Below, one piece after another: positions 14,725 to 27,578 of a DNA stretch of 64,000 nt (its first letter is position 1; the number at the start of each line of letters is the position of its first letter). Source of the DNA: Octopus sinensis (lineage: Eukaryota); contig NC_042997.1 in assembly GCF_006345805.1 (NCBI RefSeq), positions 115,940,001-116,004,000 on the forward strand, read 5' to 3'. Position numbers and translations under genes: made by a program. The notes under the pieces are model-generated. The model worked only from the letters and a program-made list of their open reading frames with translations. It was not told the DNA's origin and searched no databases.

Positions 14725-14848
14725 AAATTACTACGATGATCCGGTTCTTGACTGAAGACTGAGGGTTTCGAGTGTCCTGTCCGTGTTTATTGTGTCGTCT
14801 TCAAGAGTTATACGTTCTTGTCCATGTTGTATGTTTCTACATACCTTA
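14722..14848 (+). repeat. Dispersed 125-bp repeat (possible Penelope-like terminal repeat)
   Basis: Near-identical reverse-complement copy at about 34333-34462; the 14722 copy lies within (TA)n tracts. Class is an inference. Confidence 0.55.
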
Positions 14849-14901
14849 ATATATAATATATATATATATATATAATATATTATATATATATATATATATA
14901 T

Positions 14902-15008
14902 AAATAGGAAAAAAGCAACAAGAATGGATCAATATATCGGTACAATTGTTTCGTACGAGGACAATTGTACCGATATATTGATCCATTCTTGTTGTTTTTT
15001 TCCTATTT
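14902..15008. repeat. Near-perfect 107-bp palindrome
   Basis: AAATAGGAAAAAAGCAACAAGAATGGATCAATATATCGGTACAATTGT / ACAATTGTACCGATATATTGATCCATTCTTGTTGTTTTTTTCCTATTT around TTCGTACGAGG. Confidence 0.9.
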
Positions 15009-15124
15009 GTAATCACCCCACTTTTGTCGTATAGTTAACACCATATAGATTTCCGGTGCATCCAAGTTAAGTACCAAATCATGTGAATTCATTAGAACTC
15101 ACTTGAATCTCAATGCTTAAACCG

Positions 15125-15175
15125 ATATATATATATAATATATATATATATATATAATTATATGTGTATGTATGT

Positions 15176-15236
<61 letters not shown>

Positions 15237-15263
15237 CTTATATTATATATATATAAATGTATG

Positions 15264-15303
<40 letters not shown>

Positions 15304-15310
15304 ATATATG

Positions 15311-15367
<57 letters not shown>

Positions 15368-15384
15368 GTATATATATAGATATG

Positions 15385-15418
<34 letters not shown>

Positions 15419-15577
15419 ATGTATATGTATATATGTATATATATATATCTGTATATATGTATATATGTTATGTATATATATATATAGTATATATATATGT
15501 ATATATATATGTATATATATATGTATATATATGTATAATAATGTATAGTATATATGTATATATGTATATGTATATGT

Positions 15578-15615
<38 letters not shown>

Positions 15616-15640
15616 TATGTGTGTGTGTGTGTGTGTATAA
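15125..15640. repeat. Long (TA)n/(TATG)n compound microsatellite, one of many
   Basis: Direct reading; similar tracts at about 4760-5380, 13790-14070, 35130-35515, 37680-37810, 40200-40410, 45600-45935, 60040-60420. Confidence 0.97.
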
Positions 15641-16153
15641 AAAGGTTGAATTAAATTTCGACTTTTAATTTGGTGTGTTGTGAATTTGTGGAAAGGAATC
15701 CTATAAAAATGGAGAAGAAAAGATATTAAAATGTAAGAGAATTTTAACTCATGCAGACGATCGTTTCGAACTGCGATAGAAAAATCATACAAATTCATGA
15801 TTGAACAGAAATAATTTAATTAATTTAATTATATATCACTGTACTCGTCAGTGCAAGGAGTATAAACAACATTTTTTTTTACAAAGGACTTGACTTGATA
15901 CAGGAAATAGCAAAGTAGGATTTTGGAGATTCATATTTATCGTTATGAGACAGAAAGAAGAGTTGCGAGTCACTTCGATTGCGGCCATGCTGGGGATACT
16001 GTCATGAAGAATTTTTAATCGAATGAATTGACCCAAGAACTTTATTTTTAAGCCTTGTACTTATTCTATTGATCTGTCTGGCTGAACTGCTTAGTTACGG
16101 GGACGTAAACGTACCGATTCCGGTCGTGAAGCGGTGGTGAGACACGCACACAC

Positions 16154-16204
<51 letters not shown>

Positions 16205-16929
16205 ACACACACATTATATATATATAATCTTGCTTCCCAACCACATGGTTCTGGGTTCAGCCCCACTGCGTGGCATCTTGAGCAAGTGTTTTCTACTATA
16301 GCCTCGGGCTGACCAAAGCCTTGTGAGTGGATTTAATAGACTGAAACTGAAAGAAGCTTTGTCCCCCCACCATCGCTTGACAACTGATGTTGATCTGTTT
16401 TTACGTCCCTGTAACTTAGCGGTTCGGCAAAAACGTCCGATAGAAGTGCAGTCAAATGGCTGTGAAGCAAGTAAAAGAATAAAAGGTAGCTTGCTTACCA
16501 ACCACATGGTTCTGGGTTCAGTCCCACTGCGTAGCACCTTAGGCAAGTGTCTTCTACTATAGCCTCGGTCTGATCAAAGCCTTGTGAGTGGATTTGGTAG
16601 ACGGAAACTGAAAGAAGCCCGTCATATATATAATATATATGTGTGTGTGTGTGTGTGTGTATGTATATGTATATGTTTGTATATATCTTTCTGTGTCTGT
16701 ATTCCCCCCCCCCCACATCGTTTGACAATCGAGGGTGTTGAGTTTACGTCCCCGTTACCTAGCGGTTCGGCAAAAGAGACCGATAAAATAAGTCCTGGGT
16801 TCGATTTGCTCGACTAAAGCCGCAGTCAAATGACTGAATCAAAATGACTGAATAAGTAAAAGAGTATAAGAATAAAGAGTATATTTTTATATATATATAT
16901 ATATAATATATATAAGATATATTATATAT

Positions 16930-16963
<34 letters not shown>

Positions 16964-18349
16964 TATATGTACACACACATATATGTATATATTTATACAC
17001 GATGGGCTTCGTTAGGTTTCCGTCACCAAATCCACTCACCAGACTTTGGTTGGCCCAAAATGCCATGCAGTGGGACTGAACCTGGAACCAAGTGGTTAGG
17101 AAGCAAGCTTCCTACAACACACCCTCTTTTTTTCCAGTGGCGAGAGGGGAAAAAGGCGACAAGAACAGGTCGTGAATACTACTGGAAGCCTCCAGTATTG
17201 ACCCCTGCATGCGGGAGACCCATAGAGTGATGGTCTTTTTTCACAGCCCTGCACTTGTAAATTGCTGAACGCCCGTCGCCATTCTGGCGGAATGAATCGT
17301 AAAATAAATTTCTTTACAAATGTTGTTTTAAGTAAAATTTGTTTAGTTGTGGTTTCTAATTACAAACCGCAGTCATGGTGAAGACGAAGATGAAGATGGT
17401 GGTGATGGTGATGACAGTGATGATGACGATGATGATGACTGATAATGATTTATGATGATTGATGGTGGGTGTGGTGGTGCTGCTGGTGGTGGTGGTTGTG
17501 AGGAGGGAAGCTGTGTAGAGGAGAGGTATAGGGAGAGAAAGAGGAAGCGAGCGAAGGAGCATTTCGTAAACATACTCAGTTGCGGAATGGTATTTTACCA
17601 GTTGAGCCATGTCCCGCCACTGAGTGCGTGGAAATGTCTACTCGTGTTTTTTCTCTCTTTCTCTCTCGCGCGTGAGTCTTTTAGTATGTTAGTGTGTGGG
17701 AGGCACAGAGAGACAGAACGAGAGGGAGAGGTTAGAGAGAAAGAAGCTTAGAAGGAACGAGATGTAGGTTCATTAGGGAAAGACCCTATCGCACGGTCCC
17801 TTCAGGCAGGCGTAATAGAGCAATTCATACGCAGATACAGACCCTGTACATTCAACCAACAGTCCATCCATTCAAAGAGGAAGACCCATACATGAGTTCA
17901 CTCATATCCACACACACACACATATGCGCATAGAGATTGTTACATGTAGACCATACCTGTTTACATGCATATACACATACACACACATCATCCATCCATC
18001 CGTCCACACATACATACATACAAACATACATTCATTGATGTTGAAGCGAATTACGTATTACCCACACAAATATATTCGAATACATGCAAAGATGTAGACC
18101 CATACATGCATACATATCCACACACATTCATCTATGCATGCATACATACAAGAAACCATTCATACATTCATACATACATACATGCATGCATGCATGCACA
18201 CATCCAGCCATACATACAACATAAATGCATAATACCTGTATATATCCAGCCATACATACATACATTCATCCATACATACATGCATGCATACATCCAGTCG
18301 GCCAGCCATACATACATGAATACATACATGAATATATACATGAATACAA

Positions 18350-18397
<48 letters not shown>

Positions 18398-20486
18398 GCA
18401 CACACATTACGTACATAGACGTAGAGACAGACAGCGAGATCCTTTCGTACATAAAACTGTGGCGGTGAGCAAGACAGCGGTGTTTGTTTTCTTTTGTGAT
18501 AAGCGAAAGATAAGTTATGTCTAGGTCTATAAGAGAGGGAAGGAAGGTGTGCGTGTGCGCGCGGGGTGTGTGTGAGTGTGTGTAAGAGTCGTTACTCTTG
18601 TTGTTGATGATGATGCGTTGCTTGAAACAACATAACGAACGAAAACATGAAAACCACATCAGGTTAGCTAATCGGAAGTTTATAGTCCGCCGCTGATTAC
18701 CACCACACCCACCGAAACCACCACCATCTCTATCAGCAGCAACAACAACAACAACAACCTCATCATCGCCGCCACTACAGCCACCATCTCTACTACTACT
18801 ATTTACTAATACTTATTATCACTGTTGGTGTTTCCTGGACCCCTTGCTGTGCCGCATTTGACCCTGAAAGATTTTTACGACTCCCATGTCAGGCACCCCG
18901 GTTCGTGCTTAAGTAAGTAACTGCTAATAGCGATTTAACATAGTGGTTACGAACGTTTTAGCGCGCTTCAAATGGCGTGGTATAAATCTATCTGAAAGAA
19001 GCGGTTGAGATTACGCGCGCCGCGTCTGCGTGTGTGACTGAGTATGTGTTTGTGTGCGTATATGCACCTGTGTGTGTGTGTGTACGCCAGTGTGCGTTTT
19101 TGTGTACCATATTTCGATCAGTATTTAATAATATAGGTGTGAAAAGGCTGCGAGCTAGCCGGTAGAGTCGCTAGCACGACGGGCGAAATGCGTAGCCGTA
19201 TTTCTTCTACCGTTACGTTCAGAGTTCAAATTCCACCGAGGTCGACTTTGCCTTTCATCCTTTCGGGGTCGATTAAATAAGTACCAGTTATGCACTGGGG
19301 CCGATGTAATTGACTTAATCCGTGTGGCTGTCCTTGTTTGTCCCCTCTGTGTTTAGCCCCTTATGGGTAGTAAAGAAATAGGTATTTCATCTGCCGTTAC
19401 GTTCTGAGTTGAAATTCCGCCGAAGTCGACCTTGCCTTTCATCCTTTCATGGTCGATAAATTAAGTATCAGTTGCGTACTGGGGTCGATCTAATCGACTG
19501 GTCCCCACCCCATAAATTTCGGGCTTTGTGCCTAGAGTAGATAAGATTAATATAAGTGTGAAGGCGGTGAGCTGGCAGAGTCTTTCTGAGTTCAAATTTC
19601 GCCGAGGTCGACTTTGTCTTTCATCGTTTCGGGTCGATAAATTAAGTGCCAGTTGCATACTGGTGTCGATCTAATCGATCTAAATATCGGGCCTTGTGCC
19701 TAGAATAGAAAAGAATACCGTAGCGTCTGATATGAAGGAAATTTAGCTGCTATTTCGAGCAAGTTAATTGACCGCGAAAAATGCTGCTTTTTTAAGTGTG
19801 GCCGCTGCCGTTATTGTTGCTGATTGTTAAGTTGTCACTAAATGTTCAGCTGGAGCGATTAGTCTTGCGTTACAGAGTCCGTTGGTTTTAGATGGGGCAA
19901 TTAGTCTTACATTACAGAAAACTTGTTCAGCTTCTATGGTCGTCCCTACATCACGGATTTAATTCTTCAGCTGGAGCAACCAGTCTTACATCACAGTCAC
20001 TTTTTCAGCTGCAGCAAGCAGGACAACATTACAGAATCACATGCCCAGCTGGGAGTGACTTGTCCTTCTAAATGTAGAATTTCATTCTCAACAAACTTTT
20101 TATAATAAAGAGGGGTTCCTAATACTTAGTGGGGTGGATGGACATGGCTGGAATAGCTTTGATTATAATTCTACGCTGACCAGGTATTAAACAACATGTC
20201 GCTTAATTTTCTAGAAAGAGCAGCCACAAATCCCTCAACTTACATCCTACCGTCTTAAAAAATAGCTTGTACAAAACGGGTTTGTACTCCTAGATATACT
20301 ATGTTTATGTAAGAACATCATGTGTCTGTTGGATTAGGATTGACTTAAGATTAAATGATATCTCCGCTGAGCTAAGGAAGGACTTTCTTTATGGCCATTC
20401 GATCTTCTTGAAATAACAGCCAAATATCCCTCAAATCAACCCGTCTTGGAAAAGGAAGAACACATTAGCTATTGCCCAATTCCAGA

Positions 20487-20810
20487 TGAAGGCGCACAGC
20501 TTAACGGTTAAGATATTCGGCTCATGATCACAAAGCCGCGAGTTCGATACCCAGCGATGCGTCTTGTCCTTCGGCAAGACACTTAATTTCGCGTTGCTCC
20601 CGTCAGCTAGCAAGAATGAGTTGTATCTGTATTTCAAAGGGGCCAACCACATCACATTCTGTGTCACACTGAATCTCTCCGAGAACTACGTTAAAAGTAC
20701 GCTTGTCTGTGGAGTGCTCAGCCACTTGTACGTTAATCTCACGAGCAGACTGTTCCGTTGATCCGATCAGCTGGAACACTCCTCGTCATAGTCGACGGAG
20801 TGCCAGTTAT
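20487..20810 (+). mobile_element. SINE-D: tRNA-headed, CORE-like SINE group
   Basis: Head GGCGCACAGCTTAACGGTTAAG...GAGTTCGATACCC, CORE-like TCCTTCGGCAAGACACTT, body GAGAACTACGTTAA...TGGAGTGCTCAGCCACTTG. Related pieces at 6655-6800(-), 25590-25850(+), 29345-29620(-), 31205-31365(+), 31595-31860(+), 62830-63095(-). Confidence 0.7.
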
Positions 20811-20925
20811 ACCCAATTCCAAACGGATGAAAAGACAATAATCACTCGTCTTACAACAAATTATATTGAGTTGGTGCATAATTATTACGGTTTTTTTTCA
20901 ACAAATTTTATTCAGCAAAAACAAT

Positions 20926-21667
20926 GGATCTTTTACCTTTTGACCGACAGATTTAAAAAATAATTTCTTGTAACTAAACACTTTCAAACTTCGGACACTG
21001 GTAGAATGTGTCATATAAGGCATCTTTTACTCTTAGCGTTTTTTAGAAAATCTTATATTTAGGAAGTTATTTCACGTTAAAGTTGTAGTATTTCGGTAAT
21101 TTCAACCAATCAATGACGTGTATTCAGCTGAATGAAATTACTGCTGTTGTTTGTCAACAACTTACGGCGGTGAATATTTCGTTTGCCACAGTTATTTATG
21201 ACAACCCTAACCCTAAAACCTTAACCCTAAAAGCCTAACCCTAAAATCCTAACGCTAACACTCTAACCCTAAAACCCAAACCGTAACCCAAAATCCTAAC
21301 CCTAACCATAAAACCCTAACCCTAACCCTAAAACCCTAACCCTAACCCTAAAACCTTAAAGCTATAACCAATACAAACGCACGAACGATGTCATAAATAA
21401 CAGTGACAAACAAAAAATACACCGCCGATAGTTGTTATTGACGAACAACGGCAGTAATTTTATTCAGCTGAATACACATCATTGATTGGTTGAAATTACC
21501 GAAATACGGGAACTTTAACGTGAAATAACTTCCTAAATATAAGCTTTTTTCAAAAACGCTAAGAGTAAAAGATGTTTTATATGACACATTCTACTAGCGT
21601 CCGAAGTTTGAAAGTGTTTAGTTACAAAAAAATATTTTTTAAATCTGTCGGTCAAAAGGTAAAGACC
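20926..21667. mobile_element. Foldback element with about 280-bp inverted arms and an internal (CCCTAA)n-like array
   Basis: Arms 20926-21202 and 21389-21667 are reverse complements (roughly 90% by eye). Core 21203-21358 is degenerate CCCTAA/CCTAAAA repeats. Confidence 0.85.
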
Positions 21668-22041
21668 TAAAACTATAAACAACATGTAACAAAAACATTT
21701 TAAAATCATTATTCTGCCATATTCACCATTTACTTCAATTACTGCTTCCCATTTGCTTGGCAGACAGTGAGACCGTCATTTAAAGATGTTTTTGTTAAAT
21801 AATGTTTTTGTTGAAAAAAAGTCGCAATAATTATGCACCAAACCAATATTTCTAACAAACTATCAACTGCCTTGTCGGATAAACTCCTGCTTTCATTCAC
21901 AGCCTTGTGTATTTCCAGAACCTATGACCATGTATATGCTCTATATACACATAATACTTACAGTGTAGTTTATATACACACACTGTATATACACAATTTA
22001 GTTGATATACACACTGTTTACAGATTTGTATACATACATAT

Positions 22042-22459
22042 AGGCGCAGGAGTGGCTGTGTGGTAAGTAGCTTGCTTACCAGCCACATGGTTCCGGGTTC
22101 AGTCCCACTGCGTGGCACCTTGGGCAAGTGTCTTCTACTATAGCCTCGGGCCGACCAAAGCCTTGTGAGTGGATTGGTAGACGGAAGCTGAAAGAAGTCC
22201 GTCGTATATATGTATATACATATATATATGTGTGTGTGTGTGTGAGAGAGAGAGAGATCCCCCTCCACACACACACATCGCTTGACATTCGATGCTGGTA
22301 CGGTTACGTTCCCGTAACTTAGCGATTCGGCAAAAATAATCGATAGAATAAGTACTATGCTTACAAAGAATAAGTCCTGGGGTCGATTTACTCAACTAAA
22401 GGCGGTGCTCCAACATGGCCGCAGTCAAAATGACTGAAACAAATAAAAGAATAAAAGAA
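22042..22459 (+). mobile_element. SINE-A: tRNA-derived, CORE-like SINE (full-length copy)
   Basis: Box A-like TGGCTGTGTGG, box B-like GGTTCAGTCCC, CORE-like CCTTGGGCAAGT, internal (TA)/(TG) tract, tail GGCGGTGCTCCAACATGGCCGCAGTCAAAATGACTGAAACAAATAAAAGAA. Other copies near 12120-12523(-), 15950-16215(-), 16228-16870(+, two), 16995-17120(-), 23315-23613(-), 28890-29090(+), 36225-36365(-), 41575-41725(-), 48835-49045(+), 50420-50802(-), 51015-51460(-), 54440-54575(-), 56015-56400(+), 56675-59141(-, interrupted). Confidence 0.9.
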
Positions 22460-25144
22460 CATGTATATAAATACACACGCGCGCGCGCCCACGCACACAC
22501 GCATTGCAGTAGTTAAATAAAATAAACAAGCAGAAATTAGGAGGAGATTAGTGGAGGGGATTATTACGGTGGTCTAATCTCTCACAAAACCGCAACTCTG
22601 CAAACGTAAAACGGGATTTTCTTATCAAATGCCTACAAATCACAAAATACCCTAGAATACATAAAGATACCCGGAGCTATTAAGCAATAAAAAACACTGA
22701 TACCTACCGGTGGTTGTTCTGTCTCGGCAACCTCCATTTCACAACTGCTACCCCCATCACTACTAAGATCCCTCTCTCTCCCTCCATCTTAAATTTTAGA
22801 CCCTGCTTCCCACCCTCGCTCTACATCGCTCCATTTCCTTCCTCCGTTTGCCATTATTTTACAGTCAGATATGTTAGGGTTCTTATAAACATATATTTAT
22901 AGCTAGTGTAAATAATGTTCTGTGAGCCATCACGATAGGGTCGGCTCTAAAGTGTGACTATAAAAGTAGAGAGGTGTGATTATAAGCGAAGTTAATTCAC
23001 AGAGTCACAAAGTTTTTTCATTCTTTTGATATCTCATTGGGTGGCGGCCATGCTGGAGCACTGTCTAGATATAATATATTTATTACTAGAATCACTTTAC
23101 TAACTCTTCTACCTTTATAGGTAGAAGAAAAGTTAGGAAAGTGATTCTAAGCGAAGTTAGTTCTTTTGGTCATGAAGTTCATCATTTTTGTTCTTTTTAT
23201 TCTTTTATTCGTTTAATTATCTCAATCATTGGATTGTGGCCATGCTTGGGCATCGCCTCGAAGGGGTTCAGCCAATCAAAACAACCCCAGTACTTTTTCT
23301 TTTATTTCTTATTTGTTTCAGTCATTTGACTGCGGCCATACTGGAGCACCGCCTTTAGTCGAGCAAATCGACCCCAGGAATTATTCTTTGTAAGCCTAGT
23401 ACTTATTTTATCGGTCTCTTATGCCGAACTGCTAAGTTATGGGGACGTAAACACACCAGCATCGGTTGTCATGCGATGTTGGGGGTTCAAACACACACAC
23501 ACATATATACGACGGGCTTCTTTCAGTTTCCGTCTACCAAATCCACTCACAAGGCTTTGGTCGGCCCGAGGCTATAGCAGAAAACACTTGCCTAAGGTTG
23601 CACGCAGTGGGACATTTAAAGTTTCGAAAATTTTTCTATCGGTTACTTCTGCCGAAACGCCCTGTTACGAGAACATAAACAAACCAACACTAGTTGCCAT
23701 GCGGTGAGAAAACGAACTTCGTTGAAGCTTCCACCTCTTTTCAGTTGATGAAGCTTCGTGAGTGCAAAAAGTGAGCCATGTATCGGGAACAAGTAATAAT
23801 CTGAAGAAGATACTTTTCCGCAAACCTAACGTGCATAAACGGTGGCTAAGCAAGGATCAGCTTCCGGAACTTGTCGCCAAATATGGGCCTTTCGAACGCA
23901 AGATGGTGTTCTGCGTCAGGTGGAATTGTGAGGGAGTAAATGACTAAGAGTTCGATCCGGGCAGTTACGAACGTTTTAGCGCGCTTCAATGGCGTAGCGT
24001 AAATCTATCTGAGAGACGCGGTTGAGATAACGCGTGCCGCGTGTGTGAGTGACTGACTGTATGTATGTGTTTGTGTGTTCGTGTGCGTAAAAATTGTGAT
24101 GTGTTTCAGAATGAATGTTTCCATGCTCACCATTTTTATTTTCGCATCAAATTCCAAAATATTCGCAACTTACTCACTCTGAACAGTATTTGTTGAAAAT
24201 TTCATTAAAAAATACCCATTGTTCTGAAAGTTATGAGTAAACAAACCTGACATATGTGAATTTTCTGAAACTTCCCTCCCCATTCACAGAATTTTTTCCA
24301 ACACAATTCCGATATAATCAGAATCTACACGCTTATTTGTAGAGAATTCCATTGGAAAATATTCCTTTTTCTGGATGTTATGAGGAAACAAAGTCGCCGG
24401 GATGGAGGGGACACTTGTATAAGTATGCCCTAAAAGTTTACCTTTCTTCGTATGACCTCTCTCTCACCTCAATTTCTGTCTTGTTTACCCACAGCATTTT
24501 TTTTTATTAAAACACACACACACACACACACGCACACACACGCACACACAAAAAGAAAAAGCAAAACCAATCCATCTTTATAATTAGTTCTTCATTGGGT
24601 CATTTGGTTTATGAACATTTTCGCAAAAGAGTTTCTATGTTTCTGGAATAGTCTGTAGATCAATTCACAATAAAACCATTATTTACTGTGATGAACATTT
24701 TGGTTTTCTTCAATTATCCTTCAAGAATTCTTAATCTTACCATTTTCATGCCATTTGTTTTTCTTTTACCGAAGTTCATGCTCTTTTTCCATATGTACTC
24801 CGTACTCTGTACTCTCTACCCCGATACTCTTTTTATTGTTATTTGTGTGGTTAAAAAAAATTAGATTCATATCTAACTGGCAAATCTTTCCTTGATTTTA
24901 TATATTTTCTTTCTGTATTTTTTAATCATTTCCACACTTAACTCTTCTTTTTTACAGCCATTGATATTTTTAATGATGCTAATGTCAACGTCTTCGGTTA
25001 ATACTCGAACTGTTTTGTAAATTTGGTGGTTCCAGCCACAATTGGTCCGGCACCAATTTGTTTCATTATGTTATGTTTTACGTTGAATAACGCAATATCT
25101 TACCCAGCTGAGACTTCTGATGAATGTTATTTAACTAACTTTTT

Positions 25145-25545
25145 AATCTGACTAGCAGTATCGCCCGGCGTTGCTCGGGTTTGTTTCGACCCTTTAGAAA
25201 TGGATCTTTTGAGAGGTAAAAATTTTGCATTATGTAGCTTGTTATTCTCTTTAAGTGAATATTTTTCTGATTGAAATACACCGAGAAATGGCGACACAGC
25301 AGTCAAAAAATCGTAAAAAATAGGGATTTTCATAGAAAAAAAGCACCTTTTTGATGTAAATAATTTTTGGTGTTAACATGGTCCGATTTGAATTTTATCT
25401 TCTACGTAAGGAAGAGCAAGCCTTCTTCTATCATACTCTCAATTTTGGTCAACTTGCGCCGCAGGGTCTCGGATGAGATAGTGTTAGTTGAAGGCTACCA
25501 AACCTGCCATACACAGACAACTCCAGCTTTTTATAGAGAGATTAT
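25145..25545 (+). mobile_element. Non-autonomous Helitron/Helentron-like element
   Basis: Starts ACTAGCAGTATCGCCCGGCGTTGCTCGGG (short hairpin) and ends GCTTTTTATAGAGAGAT, like invertebrate rolling-circle non-autonomous elements. A shared 100-bp repeat at about 18945-19050 and 23960-24060 may belong to a similar family. Confidence 0.5.
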
Positions 25546-26299
25546 AACATAACGTCTACATTAGATAAGTATCCCAAAACATTCATGTGAAGGCAGGTGG
25601 CCTAGTGGTTAGGGTATAGCACGCACGGTTGTAAAGATCATGGTTGTAAAGATTACCAGGACCGGGCATTGTGCTCTTGAGCAAACCACTACATTTTACA
25701 TTGCTCCAGTCTACTCAGTGGCAGGTGAGTAACCCTTCAAAAGACTATCGTCCCGTTCCGGGGAAATTTTGTTTCCTCAGTCACAAGTTAACCGGCTCAG
25801 TGAGCCCGAAGACTCGAGACGGTAATATCCAAGGGTTACCTCAACCCTTTTTCTCACTTATTTAGGGACTGATAATTATTTGATATTACTAATTGCTGTG
25901 TTTTCTGAATCGTTAACGCGCCGGAGAAAATGCTTATCGGCTTTTCTTCCGGCTCTCTGCGTTCAAATACCACGGGAGTTCAATAAAAGAAAGTACCAGT
26001 CATGTACTCGGTTTGATGTAATCGATTAACCCTTACTCCTAAAATTACTTGTCTATGGATGGTGGGGTCGGTCGGCTCCGGACGACGTTTTGAGCCCCGC
26101 GGCTCGGACAGCATTCTGGCGTCTGCTGTATAAACCTGTATTAGCAGGATGGTGGTGGGGTTAGCGAACACAAGGACTGGGAGGCACACACTCTGGCTGC
26201 TACTCCACTGAAAACAATAGCAACAAACAAAGGACCCGTACCGAGTTGACGCTGATGGGGTTTATATTCCTTATTTCAATAATTTTATTCCAGTTACTT

Positions 26300-27578
26300 T
26301 GGGTTAGGCATGAACTTCACACAATCAACGAAATATAGAATGCAATTTCGTTTTTCGCAAACAGATATAGTTACGATTTTTTTAATGACTTTTGTCAATG
26401 TTATGATTTGTTTCTTTTTGACATTTGATAGCCGTTACTTTTAGCTTACTTTGGAAGCAAATTGCGCGTAATTTTGCTTAACATACAGCTGTTGGTTCAA
26501 TGTCAATTTTAATATGGAGTGCAAAAGCGAATACTTTCGTCATATTTTGCTTTTTTTATTAGAAAGCTGCAGAGGTTCACAAAGAGATATGTGAAGTTTA
26601 TGGTGTTGATTGCTTAACAGAACGCACTCGTCAAAAATGGTTTTAAAAATTCCGTTCTGGAGATTTTTCACGCAAAGATGATCAATATTCTAGTCGACCT
26701 ACTGAAGTTGATTGATGACCGAATCAAAGCCATAATTGAATCTGATTGTCATATAACTGTACGAGAGATTGCAGAGAGGTTAAACGTATCCCACACAACA
26801 ATTGAAAATCACTTAAAAGGATTAGGATTCGTTAAGAAGCTCGATATCTGGGTTTCGCATAAATTGAAAAGGATTCACTTAACATCTCAAACACAATGAA
26901 ATCGGCCCTTTTGAAACGAATCAGCACTGGTAATGAAAAACGGATTGTCTACAATAACATCAATTGAAAACGAGTACGGTCCAAGCGTAATGAACCAGCA
27001 CAAACCACATTGAAAGCTGAATTGTACCCAAAAAAGGTCATGCTGTCAATTTGGAGGGATTACAAAGGTGTTGTATATTTTGAGCTGTCTCCAAGGAACT
27101 AAACGATCAATTCAGATATTTACTGTCAACAACTAATGAAACTGGAGAAAGCAATCAAAGAAAAATGGTCAGAATTAGCAAATCATAATGGAATCGTGTT
27201 GCGCCACGACAACGCTTGACTACACATGTTTTTGCTAACTCGTGAAAAATTACAGGAGCTTGGTTGCGAAGTGATGTCACATCCACCATATAAGCCTGAC
27301 CTTGCACCATTTATTACAATTTATTTCGAAGTTTGCAAAATTCTTTGGAAGGTAAAACTTTCAATAATGGTGATGACCTAAAATCGCACTTCACTTTTTG
27401 GCCAACAAGGACCAGAAGTTCTATGAACGCAGAGTTCTGAAGTCGCCAGAAAGATGGCAAAAGATCATCAAACAAAACAGAAATTATATAAGTTAAAAGT
27501 TCATTCTTTATATGAATAAAAAAAAATGACTTTTATTTCACACTAAAAAACCGAAATTATTTTCTTACCAATCCAATA
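26300..27578 (+). mobile_element. Decayed mariner transposon (near-full-length transposase pseudogene)
   Basis: ATG at 26514. Frameshifted remnants read ITVREIAERLNVSHTTI (HTH), LDIWVSHKL (WVPHEL motif), KRISTGNEK (TGDEKW), PKKVMLSIW, RHDNA, HPPYKPDLAP (YSPDLAP). Right TIR ...CCGAAATTATTTTCTTACCAATCCAATA followed by TA. Left end uncertain. Confidence 0.9.

Noticed and set aside
21203-21358. True telomere or chromosome end
   Set aside because: The array is short, degenerate, intronic and enclosed by inverted arms.
22042-22110. Functional tRNA genes in SINE heads (also 35515-35580)
   Set aside because: Only A/B boxes are retained, no complete cloverleaf was evident, and each continues into a multi-copy SINE body.
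26678-26899. Active mariner transposase
   Set aside because: Multiple frameshifts and stops, and catalytic motifs are mutated (TGNEK, HDNA*, YKPDLAP).
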